Positions 23,561 through 35,148 of a stretch of DNA of 35,148 nt are shown here, in pieces (the stretch's first letter is position 1; the number at the start of each line of letters is the position of its first letter). A program made the position numbers and the translations under genes. The DNA lies in NCBI RefSeq assembly GCF_006345805.1, contig NW_021832088.1, positions 1 through 35,148 on the forward strand. The letters are read 5' to 3'. The stretch is from Octopus sinensis. Taxonomy: Eukaryota. The notes below the pieces were generated by a model. It saw only the letters and a program-made list of their open reading frames with translations, searched no databases and had not been told where the DNA came from.

Positions 23561-25830
23561 CAGATGTGAGCACGTAAGTGCAAAACAAGGTGGAAAAGAT
23601 AGTAGTTGAATTCTAAATGTAGATACTCGTTACTGGTAATTTTCAAACCCCGCCTCTCAAATACCCTGTTGGTAACGAGTATTACACCGCTATGCTTTGA
23701 AAAGCAACCACACTGTCAAATTTAAATGCTTATTTATGTATTTGAATTAGTTCACACTATATTACATGTTGCACCACAGTTCTATTTCAGCTTTCACCAC
23801 AACCGTCCGACGAGCGGGAACTTGAAACTCTGAGTAACAGTTTTTGTGATAATTTTGCAGCTTTACTAAGTTTTTATATATATGTGTGTGTATATTTGTG
23901 TGTGTGTGTGTGTGCGTGCGTGTGTTTGTATGTGTGTGTATGCGTGTGCGCGTGCGTATGTATATATACACACATATATATGCATATATATGTATACATA
24001 CATACATGCGATAATGGTTCCAATTCAGCTCGGTTCTGATATTGATTTCTGCTTTATGAATCTAAATGAAAATGGCTTCCTTAATCCCCCAGTTACCTAT
24101 ATTTCGGTCAGTGGCTAAGGAAGATATTCCTATTTGACAGTTGTTTTATTTGTCGAAAGCCACTTCGTCGCATTTCAGAGAAATATATTCAATATCAGGA
24201 ATCGTTTAGTTGGAAACTAGCAATCTATTATTAATTTCATACTGTCCGATCAAGTTTGGAAACCACCGTCTTCTTTTAACGTTCCTCTGTAAAATACATA
24301 GCCATCTTCACTTGTTTCTAACTTCTTGACAAATGACCTTAGATAGCATTTAGAGCTTTGCTGACTTCCATGTAAAACGAATCCCCGTTGACGCTACAGT
24401 AGGGACCATAAGCCTGCTGAGTTTTAACAATAATAATATTTTTCTCTCTGTAAGGGTCCCGAAGTTTTTAAACATAATGAATTTATGTTGACTAAAGTGA
24501 ATCTTATTTCTGGATAACTCTATGTATGTAACAACTCCACCTGTTTGAATGACATAGGTAAATGAAATGTAATTTACAGCAAATTGAAATATATTTGGCT
24601 TCCCGCTTAAATTGAATTAAATCACTTGTATACATTTGCAATCAGTAGTTTTAACAGACTTATTAATTCTACTGTTAAAAAGCTACCTTACTAAACAGAG
24701 ATAGATAGCAATAGAGAGAGGGAAAGTGAGAGAAAAAAAGAGAGAAAAAGAGAGGGGGAGAGAGTGAACGAGCGAGAAAGAGGGAGAGAGAGAGAGAGAG
24801 AGAGAGGGGGGAGTGGCAAAGTTTTCATTAAAGAGAAGAAAGAGGGGTAGAATTATCAAAGAGGAAATCAGCACTATGGTGCAAACAGAAGACCGGAGAA
24901 AGCTGCAAACAGTTGAAAGACAGAGACGAGACGATGGTCACCACACACATATACATCTACACATTCATATACACATACGCATACTCACATATATAAATAC
25001 ACTCACACACGTACGCTTATACAAAGGGGATTTAAATATAGAGTAAATTGTTCGTAGCCAAAATTTGAACTCGTGTCTACAAAATTGGATTTCCCGCTTC
25101 AATTAATTAAGAAAGTGTGGGAAAGAGAAAGTGTGGGAGAGAGAACGAGGGAGAGAAAGAGAGAGAATATACGTAAGAGAGAGGAAGGGAATGACACGAA
25201 ATGGGAAGGCTTTCAATGAAGTGTAGGTAAAGGTGTATAGTAGTAAAGCACAGAGATTCTGCACTGTGGTGGCAGCAGAGGAGACGGCGAAAGTTATATG
25301 GAAAACGAAACAAGAGAATTCACATACACACAAATAAAAACATTTGCAAATGCGTACACACACACACACACACACACACATAAACGCGCACACACACCAC
25401 ACACGCATACACATATATGCACGTGTGAGTAAATGTATATAAGTGAAGAAGGTATTGGTTTAAATACACATTCTTATCTCTCTCTATTTTATATTTATGG
25501 ATATATACAAAGTATGGCAGTTCACTTCACAGGTGATCTAAACGATTAGGTACGCTAGGTAGTGCTGCAACGGATTTCTGGGGTCCTGTTTAACTATTAT
25601 ATGTATATATACATATATACGTTTGTATGTGTGTCTCTCCGTATGTGTATGTGCATGTGCGTGTGTGTGCGCGTGCGTGCGTGAGTATGTGCGAGGGATA
25701 ACATTTTTTGCAGACACACATCCACACACACATACATATACATACATACAGTCATGCACACATATACACGTCCATATATAAATGTATACATATGCGAGTA
25801 TATATATGTCCATATATACCATATGTGAGC

Positions 25831-25871
<41 letters not shown>

Positions 25872-26083
25872 ATATATATATATTATATATATATAACATA
25901 CATACATACATATATACACATACATAAATACACCACACATATATGTAGAATAGCTATTCACTTTATCATTCTTATCTATCAATTTTTTCTCTCTTTCTAG
26001 ATATATATATGTATGTATGTTTGTGTATACATACGTACATACATGCAAACATAAACATGTGTATATATATATATATAACATAC

Positions 26084-26129
<46 letters not shown>

Positions 26130-26564
26130 TAATATATATAATATATATTATATATATATTATATATATATAATATAGTTGTCTTTAGAAAGAAATACCAA
26201 CCATTTTTACTCGGCAAACCAACAGCCAACCGCCATCAGCCATCAGTGAAGAAGCTGCTGTTCACACGGCGATTAAATCTGTTACAGAATTAACAGCTCT
26301 AAAATCCGTAGATTTAAACATACATTGTTGTTGTGAATCCCACATCATCTGTATTCCATTCCACGCTATTATCAAGCTATTTCTTGATGGCATCAAATTC
26401 TACCAAACTAATCTGCTCCAATTTGCAACTTCATCTCTTCTGCTTTATCGCCTTAAAATCCCCTCAAACTGTCGTCTGCTTCTTTCAGATTCACACTTAA
26501 ACTTTGATATAGTTGGAAAAGCAGTTCTTATGTATTGTTGTTCAGCAATTACCATTATTTTGTC

Positions 26565-26571
26565 ATTGTCA

Positions 26572-26635
<64 letters not shown>

Positions 26636-27062
26636 CATTGTTGTTGTTGTTATTGTTGTTGTTTTGATTTTCCTTCTGATGTTTGGTTTCAGTCGTTCCA
26701 TTATTCATTGATTCTTTCAAATTTTTATTATTTCCTTCTTCAACTCGTTAATTATTATGTTCATTCAACCCCCTTTTTTATTGTTACTTCTTCCTCCACT
26801 CCGTTGTTGTTGTTGTTGTTGTTGTTGTTCTCGTTCTCGTTCTTCTTGTTCTTCTTCTTGTTCTTCTTCTTGTTCTTCTTGTTCTTCTTCTTGTTCTTGT
26901 TCTTGTTCATGTTGTTCTTGTTGTTCTTGTTGTTCTTCTTCTTTTCCTTCTTCTTCTTCTTCTTCTTCTTCTTCTTTTTCTTCTTCTTCTTCTTCTTCTT
27001 CTTCTTCTTCTTCTCTTTTTCTTCTTTTTCTTCTTTTTCTTCTTCTTCTTCTTCTTCATCTT
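26565..27062. repeat. Trinucleotide arrays (TTA)n, (TTG)n and ~230-bp (TTC)n
   Basis: Direct inspection; TTC/TTG mixed at ~26830-26940, then near-pure TTC to ~27060. Confidence 0.95.
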
Positions 27063-27299
27063 CTCAAGAGCCCTGATATGTTACTGGTACTAGGAAGGAT
27101 AACTGCAGCAACACTGTAAAGAATGAATAAATAAACTTGTAATGTTATTCGTCTACGCATTCATTTGCCTCCTGCAGCTCTCTCTCTCTCTCTCTCTCTC
27201 TCTCTTGCTTTATTTATGTGTGTGTGTGTGTGTGTGTGCGTGTGTATATATGTATGTATGTGTTGTGTGTGTGTGTGTGTGTTTATGTGTGTGTAATAT

Positions 27300-27400
27300 C
27301 CTAAAGCAAATCAAAGAGGGGAAATATCCCATCAACCTTCAAACGAGACCTGGACAAATTTCCTCAAAGGTTAAGAGACAATCCATCTCTTCCTGGAAGC
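27300..27400 (+). mobile_element. Short 3'-terminal fragment of a CR1/Jockey-type LINE ORF2
   Basis: FKRDLDKFPQRLRDNPSLPG starting at 27338 resembles the terminal FK..LD.FL..PD.P motif of CR1-type ORF2. Confidence 0.55.
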
Positions 27401-27549
27401 ACACACACACACATACACACACACATACACATATACACATCAATATATATGTATATGCATATATAAATGTGTACATGCATAAACATATGCATACATACAT
27501 ACATTCAGATATACATGCACACATACATATCTACATGTGCGTATGTGTG

Positions 27550-28075
27550 AAGAACAATATGAAGGTCATTGCCACTCGCTAGCCTCACCAAGAATTCATT
27601 CCCAGTTGTAACTGTCGAGACTCTGAAGGTTGCACACTTGACCTGGCATCCATGATAAATTCTGTTACCTTCGAGACAGAAGTCACAGCAACGCTTCAAC
27701 ATATTTAAAAGAAAACTTACATCGGTTTATGCGAAGACAATTTTAAAAGACGTTGTGCGACACCACCAGTCTTTTCCTTGAGACATCGATAAAAGTAAAG
27801 CCACTAAGTTGGCTTGCTACGTATGGGGTTTGAAGACCAACTGCACACCACATACAGCCAAGTAGAGAATCCTGAAGAAACCTATGCCATATGTAAATAT
27901 TTTTAGCAGATGCAAATTATGCGTAGTTGAAACATTGCACATTCATTTTAGATCTAAGAATGCCACCGTACTACTTAATTCCAATCTGAAATGTTCAGCA
28001 AATGCAAATATATGCACAATTTTATTATGTCCAACAGAAGAGCACCATCCGCTCTGGATAGAGAAACTGTCTCTC
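27550..28075 (+). mobile_element. Penelope-like element relic: GIY-YIG endonuclease domain plus decayed 3' end
   Basis: CNCRDSEGCTL (27607), SVTFETEVT, KTYIGLCEDNFKRR (YIG at 27718-27726), HQSF..KATKLACYVWGLK, RILKK..PY..RCKLCVVE..I..LLN. Contains stops and one frameshift. Confidence 0.85.
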
Positions 28076-29489
28076 AGACTTTGATTCCTCTGCGTTGAAT
28101 TAATCTTCAACAGTTAGTTTAATAATGATTCCCACGGTCAAAGGAGACGTAACTTTAATTTTCTTTCCTTTCTCCATCCGTTTATATTTACCCTTTGTTT
28201 TCTCATTCCACGTTTTGCATCAACCTTCGTCTTGTTATCACGTGAGTCAGCGTCTTGATTTTCAAACAGAACAAACCATGTGCTCAGAGCTAGTAAACTG
28301 CTGGTAGAAGACAAGGCACGTTAGAAACATGAGGATAACTGAGCAGAGTTTACTGGAGAACATGGGCAAATAACAAATAAAATGTTATTAAAACTATCAG
28401 GACACGTGAGTTCCATCGGCTGCACGCAACACACCCAGACGATGTTCTATTTTCTAACCATTTGCTTTGGAGTATTCCCTCATCAATGTTCGACATGACT
28501 TGGCGTATTGTTTTTCCTTGAGCTCATTGAAGTCCTCAACTTTTGTACATTAGACTCCGTCTTTAATGTAGCCGCTTCCTATTCACCGTTTGGGAAAGTT
28601 TCGTTAAGAAACTCGCACTCAACCGCCAATGGGGCGGCGCACCATCTTAGAAAGTTATTGTTGGTTGCAAGTAGTTGGTGCTGGCTGATGTGATGGTGGT
28701 GGTGGTAGTGGCGGTGGTTATTGTTATATTGATAGTGGAGGTGGCTATGGTGGTAGTTGCTGTCTGTCTTGGTGATGGTGGTAGTAGTTTTATTGGTAGT
28801 GGTGGTCGCGGTGGTCATACTCTAATAGAAATCTCCTTCAAGAGACTTAGTCAAAGAGATTTAACGTTAATGTAGTGAACAGTGTAATAGCCTCGTAAAT
28901 TCATTCCAAATTCCCAGCTGTCCTTTCACCACCAGACACACATTTATACACTCACACAAACACGCGCACGCACACACACACACGCACACTCACATACACA
29001 CAGATACACGCAATGAGAAAATCACACATAAAGCAATACGCACTCATACATGCAAAAATATAGACATACACACCAACATACACACATACATACACATACA
29101 TATACACATAGACAGACACACGCATTACTATACATACATACGTAGACATACATATAGACTTACACACATACATGCATATAAACATACATGCATTTGAATA
29201 TATGCATATATATACGTACACGCGCACACACACTCACATATATATACACATTCTTACATCCAAACGGACGTGCATACATATGTAAATGCTACAAATTTAT
29301 ACATACATATATTCATATAGACAAACACATTTATATCTACAATTACACATACAAACATATTTCAATATATATTCACACATTTTCCTGTAAGATCCTTCTA
29401 CACCCACGCAACACCCTCTTCTTTTCTTCCTCATCTTAAGTGTATTGAAATAATTATAAAATAAAATAAATCACTGCTAAAAATGGTGA

Positions 29490-29830
29490 AGTGGCAGTTT
29501 TTTTTTTGAAGAGCGAAGGGGAAAATAGACTGTGTCTTGTTCTAGCTCTGTACGAGTTAAGTTCGAATTTCACCAGCGTAAAATTTGCCTTTTATGTTTC
29601 TGGGGTCAATGAAATACCAATTAAATACCGTGGAAAATTGTATAGACTAACTCCCTCCCCCTGGAATTTCATATTTTGGAACAGAGCCAGTAATGTTTTT
29701 GGCAGGAAGGGGATTTGATCATATTGACCCTTGTGTTCAACTGGTATTTATTTTATCGATCCCGAATGGCAAAGTTGATCTTAGCGGAATTTGAACTCAC
29801 AGCGTAATGAGCAGGACGATCCTGCCAATT
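29490..29830. mobile_element. Two decayed family-B SINE pieces (29490-29690 plus strand, 29700-29830 minus strand)
   Basis: GAGTTAAGTTCGAATTTCACC..TTTGCCTTTTATG..GGGGTCAAT on the plus strand; CTGGTATTTATTTTATCGATCCCG..GCGGAATTTGAACTCA in the opposite orientation. Confidence 0.7.
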
Positions 29831-29849
29831 CCTCTTAACAATAATAATA

Positions 29850-30051
29850 ATCCTATCTACTAAAGGTACAAAGCCTGAAATTTTGGTGGAGGGGCTAGTC
29901 GATTATATCGACCTCAGTACGCAACTGCTAGTTATTTCATCGACCATGAAGGAATGAAAGGCAAAGTCGGTCTCGGCAGGATTTGAACTCACGACGTAAA
30001 GACAGACGGAATACAGCATTTTGCCCGACGTGCTAACGATTCGGCTAGCTC
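29850..30051 (-). mobile_element. tRNA-derived SINE, family B
   Basis: Minus strand begins GAGCTAGCCGAATCGTTAGCACG and has B box GAGTTCAAATCC; collinear with 18240-18455. Confidence 0.85.
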
Positions 30052-30552
30052 TTTGTCTATACTGGGAAGAGAGAGAGAGTGAGAGAGAGAAAGACAATAT
30101 GGTGAGAGAGAGGGAGGGTGAAGAAAGATAAGAGAAGATAAGAGAGGGAACGTGCAAGAGAAAGGACGAGAGAAAGGAGTGGAGATAGCGAAGAAATTCG
30201 GATTTTCGGGGCCTCGGCTGTTTTATTTGTTGACCGCAAAACGATGGAGCACAGAGTTGGACTTACTCGCGAGGATTCGACCGCAACGCGAAGACACTCG
30301 AGACTAACATCACTAAAAACGTGTATTCTGTCAATCCATCATACGCACACACGCACGCGCACACACGCACGCACGCGCACACACGCACGCGCACACATAT
30401 GTATTTGTATATATATATATATATATATATAGTATACACACACAGTACATCCATGGTTATATATATACATGCATATACGAATGTGCTCATGTGTATGCGT
30501 ATGTACACATACATATACACACAGATATATATATGCATACACATATATATAT

Positions 30553-30938
30553 ACTAGCAGTATCGCCCGGCGTTGCTCAGGTTTGTAAGGGAAATAACTA
30601 TAAAGCATTTTTAGAGAGTTATAGCCAAAAAATAGCAAAAACATGGAAAAAAATGATGGTAAATTTTTTTTGAGAGTTAAAAAAGTTGGAGTTGCGTCCC
30701 CTAGACAGTTTTTGGTTTGTGTTTCTGATTCTCGACCCCATGTCGAATTTATCGATTTTTTTCAGAACTGGGGGAACTTTTCAAAATTTTCGCTGCGTTA
30801 GTTTTGAATTATGACATTGGGCTATGTGTGTGTCAAGTTTCATTAGAATCGGTTGAAAGCCGTGGTGAGGGTGAGGGTACAAGCAAACAGACACACAGAA
30901 ACACGCACAGACAAACTGCCGTTTATATAGAGAGAGAT
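30553..30938 (+). mobile_element. Non-autonomous Helitron/Helentron-type element (DINE-1/Lep1-like architecture)
   Basis: Starts ACTAGCAGTATCGCCCGGCGTTGCTCAGG. The 3' region has TGTCAAGTTTCATTAGAATCGG, an internal ACAG/ACAC microsatellite, and ends ..AAACTGCCGTTTATATAGAGAGAGAT. Inserted in TA-rich sequence with no TSD seen. Confidence 0.7.
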
Positions 30939-30959
30939 ATATGCATACATATATTTATA

Positions 30960-31263
30960 GGCGTGGCTGTGTGATAAGAAGCACTGTGAGAGGTCTCGGT
31001 GGACGGAAACTGAAAGAAGCTCGTCGTATATGTGTGTGTATGAGTGTATGAGTATGTGTGTGTGTCTTTGTGTCTGTGTTTGTCCCCATCATCGCTTGAC
31101 AACCGTTGTTGGTGTGTTTACATAATCGTAACTTAGCGGTTCGGCAAAAGGGCTCGTTAGAATTAGTACTAGAGGAAGAAACAAGTCGTGGGGTCAAATT
31201 GTTCGAGGAAGACGCGTCAAGGCGGTGCTCCAGTATGACCGCTGGCAAATGACTGAAAGAAAT
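30960..31263 (+). mobile_element. tRNA-derived SINE, family A, with ~100-bp deletion removing the B box/core
   Basis: GGCGTGGCTGTGTGATAAGAAGC joins directly to TGTGAG..GACGGAAACTGAAAGAAGC. The rest is the reverse complement of 8327-8600. Confidence 0.8.
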
Positions 31264-32218
31264 CACTGAGTGATAGAATATAAATGTATTCATACATTTC
31301 TAAGTCGTAAGAGAGAGAAACAAATATTCATTCAGTTATCCATACCGAGCATATTTAGATCTCACTAACTCACTGTGTATATACTGTATATATGTGTGTA
31401 CATAGACATGCATTCACACACACAGCTATTTAGTAAGACACGACGTAGTGTCATATTAAATAGCTAATAACCCCTCCCCCCACCACCACCACAATTACCA
31501 CAGCCACCACTACTACTACGACCGACTATGTCTTCATATATAAAAGACAGAAAATGTGTAATAGAGATAATTTTTTAATGAATCTTTTGCGTTATTAATG
31601 AGGTTCGTCCGAACAACACGTAACTAAATTAATGATTTCATAATCAACAGGAATAATGATTGTCTTCGCAACAAGCCTTGTAACTTATTTTATCGTCACC
31701 GATCGCCATTTCTGACACGACGTTTCTTCATCTTGGCGGCCATTTTATAACATTCATAAATATGATTGTTGTCGGATTGTTAAGGAAATTATCAAGACGA
31801 AATAATGGGAATTAGCAATATGGTGATGAAGAGAGGAAATGTTATAAATATTGAAAGGTTTGCGTTACGTTTAGAACACAAGTTGCTTCTATTTTGATGG
31901 ATTCTCTTTCATTTTGTGTGACACTTTCAGAAGTGAGTCGTAAACTTTTGGAAAACTCTGTAGACGAACGGGAATATCATGATTATGGAAGAAGCTGATA
32001 GAAAGATAATAAAGATCGTAGACAGCAAGGCATTTTCACAGATGTAGGCACATACATATATTCAGTCTACACAACATACATACATACATCCATACTTATA
32101 TACATATACGCATATATATATTTATATATGTATATATATATATGTGTGTATATGCATGTATACACACACACACATATATATATAATATATGCATGTATGT
32201 ACATAGGTACATATATAT

Positions 32219-32259
<41 letters not shown>

Positions 32260-32432
32260 ACACACACACATATATATGTATATAAAGAGAGAGAGAGAGA
32301 AGTTACAAAGATGAGAGAGATTAGCATGTTGTATGAAGTTCCTAACTTTGGAATCACTTTCCTTAGTTTGCTCCAGATTAAAATATATACTTTTCAAGTC
32401 TAGCATTCTATTATTCTTGTCTGTGCAACCAA

Positions 32433-32592
<160 letters not shown>

Positions 32593-32683
32593 GCTTCATA
32601 TGAGCTACTAACGATTATGGAGTGTGTGTGTGTGGGTATATGCACACACACACTCACACACGCGCGCGCGCGCACACACACAT

Positions 32684-32715
<32 letters not shown>

Positions 32716-32834
32716 GTATGTATGTGTGTGAGTGTGGAAATGGTGTGCAAATGTGTCTGGCAAAAATTTGGAAGACAACGATAAACAACTCTGTTCAATC
32801 TCTTATTGTCTAGTCAGATGAGATTCCCGCTGCA

Positions 32835-32856
32835 GCATTATAACAACAGCAACAAG

Positions 32857-32890
<34 letters not shown>

Positions 32891-32919
32891 GCAACAACAA
32901 CAACAACAACAACAACAGC

Positions 32920-32953
<34 letters not shown>

Positions 32954-32965
32954 GCAACAACAAGA
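32835..32965. repeat. (AAC)n array with AGC interruptions
   Basis: Direct inspection; followed by a (CAT)/(CCT) tract at ~33085-33265. Confidence 0.95.
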
Positions 32966-33368
32966 AACGACAACTACAACACAAAAAATAGTAACAACAA
33001 CCAAAAATAGCCACAGAAACAAGAATGATAATAATAACTAGAAATATATAAAAAGTAAAAGAGTGAGACAGAATGTAGATTGAAAACCATCATCATGATC
33101 ATCACCATCGTCGCCATCGCGCTCATCGTCGTTGTCGTCGTCCTCATCAGCAACCTCACCTCCATCATCATCTTTGTAATCTTTATCATATTCAGATACA
33201 TCATCATACTCATCGTCATCCTCCTCCATCGTCGTCGTCATCATCCTCCTCCTCCTCTTCCTCCTCTGTTACATCTGTATTACAACTAACGCTCACAGAC
33301 AAACAACTAATACGAAACCTAAGAACTAAACAATGACAAAAGCGCCAACAGCAATAATATTAATAATA

Positions 33369-33540
33369 CAGTTCTATATTTAAAAAATGAGGAATTATTT
33401 ACATTATTTACATTCGGCGGATATTTGTCCTCATCTTGTTTGTTTTTAACACAACATTTCGGCTGATATACCCTCCAGCCTTCATCAGGTGTCTTGGAGA
33501 AATTTCAAACCCGGGTTCTCATTCCTAAGGTACTTTTCGA
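33369..33540 (-). mobile_element. HHR-bearing SINE body, headless (copy B)
   Basis: Matches copy A including the terminal TTCCTCAT...AAATATAGAACTG, and matches copy C at about 128 of 137 nt (hand count). Confidence 0.9.
33448..33493 (-). ncRNA. Putative minimal type I hammerhead ribozyme (copy B; U.G pair in stem III)
   Basis: GACAC-CTGATGA-A-GGCTG-GAGGGTATAT-CAGCC-GAA-ATGT-T^GTGTT. Confidence 0.6.
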
Positions 33541-33551
33541 TGTTGTTGTTG

Positions 33552-34210
<659 letters not shown>

Positions 34211-34211
34211 T

Positions 34212-34315
34212 TGTGGTATTGAGCAGAATATTTGCTGTAGCCCATCTTTTATACCAAGACAAAACAATGTACATGATAACACTTCCAATCAGTTAAGATC
34301 AGAAGCCATGAGAGC

Positions 34316-34317
<2 letters not shown>
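34212..34317 (-). repeat. Exact 106-bp direct duplication of 34082-34187
   Basis: TGTGGTATTGAGC...CCATGAGAGCCA is identical in both copies by eye; period 130 bp. Confidence 0.95.
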
Positions 34318-34358
<41 letters not shown>

Positions 34359-34440
34359 TTTATTTTTATTATTATTATTATCATTATTATCATTATTATT
34401 ATTATTAACAACAATAATAATAATAATAACATAAAATATA

Positions 34441-34577
34441 CCTTAGGAATGAGAACCCAGGTTCGAAATTTCCCCAAGACACCTGACGAAGGCTGGCGGG
34501 TATATCAGCCGAAACGTTGTGTTAAAAACAAACAAGATGAGGACAATTATCTGTCGAATGTAAATAATGTAAATAAT
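34441..34577 (+). mobile_element. HHR-bearing SINE body, headless (copy C)
   Basis: Inverted copy of 33394-33530; ends in AATGTAAAT tandem units. Confidence 0.9.
34478..34523 (+). ncRNA. Putative minimal type I hammerhead ribozyme, intact core (copy C)
   Basis: Stem I GACAC/GTGTT; core CTGACGA; stem II GGCTG/CAGCC; GAAAC; palindromic stem III (AACGTT); predicted GUU cleavage after 34518. Confidence 0.7.
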
Positions 34578-34579
34578 GC

Positions 34580-34692
34580 CAAAAGGATGAAAGACAAAGT
34601 CGACCACTGCGGAATTTGAACTTAAAACGTGAAAATGGACGAAATACCACAAAGAATTTCGCCCAGTGTGCTAGCGATTCTGCTAGCTTGCC
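34580..34692 (-). mobile_element. tRNA-derived SINE, family B (5' half)
   Basis: Minus strand GGCAAGCTAGCAGAATCGCTAGCAC...AAGTTCAAATTCCGCAGTGGTCGACTTTGTCTTTCATCC. Confidence 0.85.
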
Positions 34693-35148
34693 GCTGTAAT
34701 AATAATAATAATAACAACAACAACAATAATAATGATGATGATGATGATGAATAAATGTATAGATACATGCATATACATACATATATACACAGACATGTAC
34801 ATATAAATGTACACACACACACACACGCACACATATGTGCGAGCAAACACAACGATGGTATATTAATGCTATGCACGCATGCAAATCCAAATACACACAT
34901 ACATATATATTAGTCTATGTATTTACACATCCGTGAACATACGCATATATAAGTGTGTGTATACATGTGTGTATGTGTGGGTGGATGGCTGGAAGAGTGT
35001 GTGTAAACAGGAAAGAACTAGAGATGAAATACCGTTGTAAAATATATAAAACGCAGGCGAAGCTTAAAGATTATTTGTTTTAAGTATAGTTTTTCAAGCG
35101 TTGATTGATTTGAAAATGGTTTTATCATGGATTGAATCCATTTTAACG

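Noticed and set aside
24010-24430. Minus-strand stretches with coding-like composition (e.g. SFVKKLETSEDGYVFYRGTLKEDGGF)
   Set aside because: Interrupted by many stops and I recognise no family; a tBLASTx/HMM search would be needed.

Overview
Repeat-dominated eukaryotic DNA with no recognisable host gene. Almost all short ORFs in the track are translations of microsatellites (TA, TG, TACA, GATA, ATT, CAT, TTC, AAC, GGT). The microsatellite density and SINE families look like an octopod cephalopod genome (inference from memory, not searched). The main feature is a full-length, about 6.0 kb Tx1/L1-clade non-LTR retrotransposon on the minus strand (about 11630-17640). It has ORF1 with a CCHC knuckle and ORF2 with APE endonuclease, RT and a C-terminal Zn finger, and both ends abut (GATA)n arrays of the same orientation, suggesting microsatellite-targeted insertion. 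A second theme is hammerhead-ribozyme (HHR) bearing repeats. One short family has three copies: one with a tRNA-like Pol III head, and two headless copies facing apart, one with a complete minimal type I HHR core. There is also a fold-back element with a decayed HHR and a Penelope-like GIY-YIG relic. Other elements are a CR1-group LINE relic split by nested insertions, about a dozen tRNA-derived SINEs, a non-autonomous Helitron-like element, and a roughly 560 bp element inside a (TAA)n array. Boundaries of decayed elements are approximate (about 10-30 nt).
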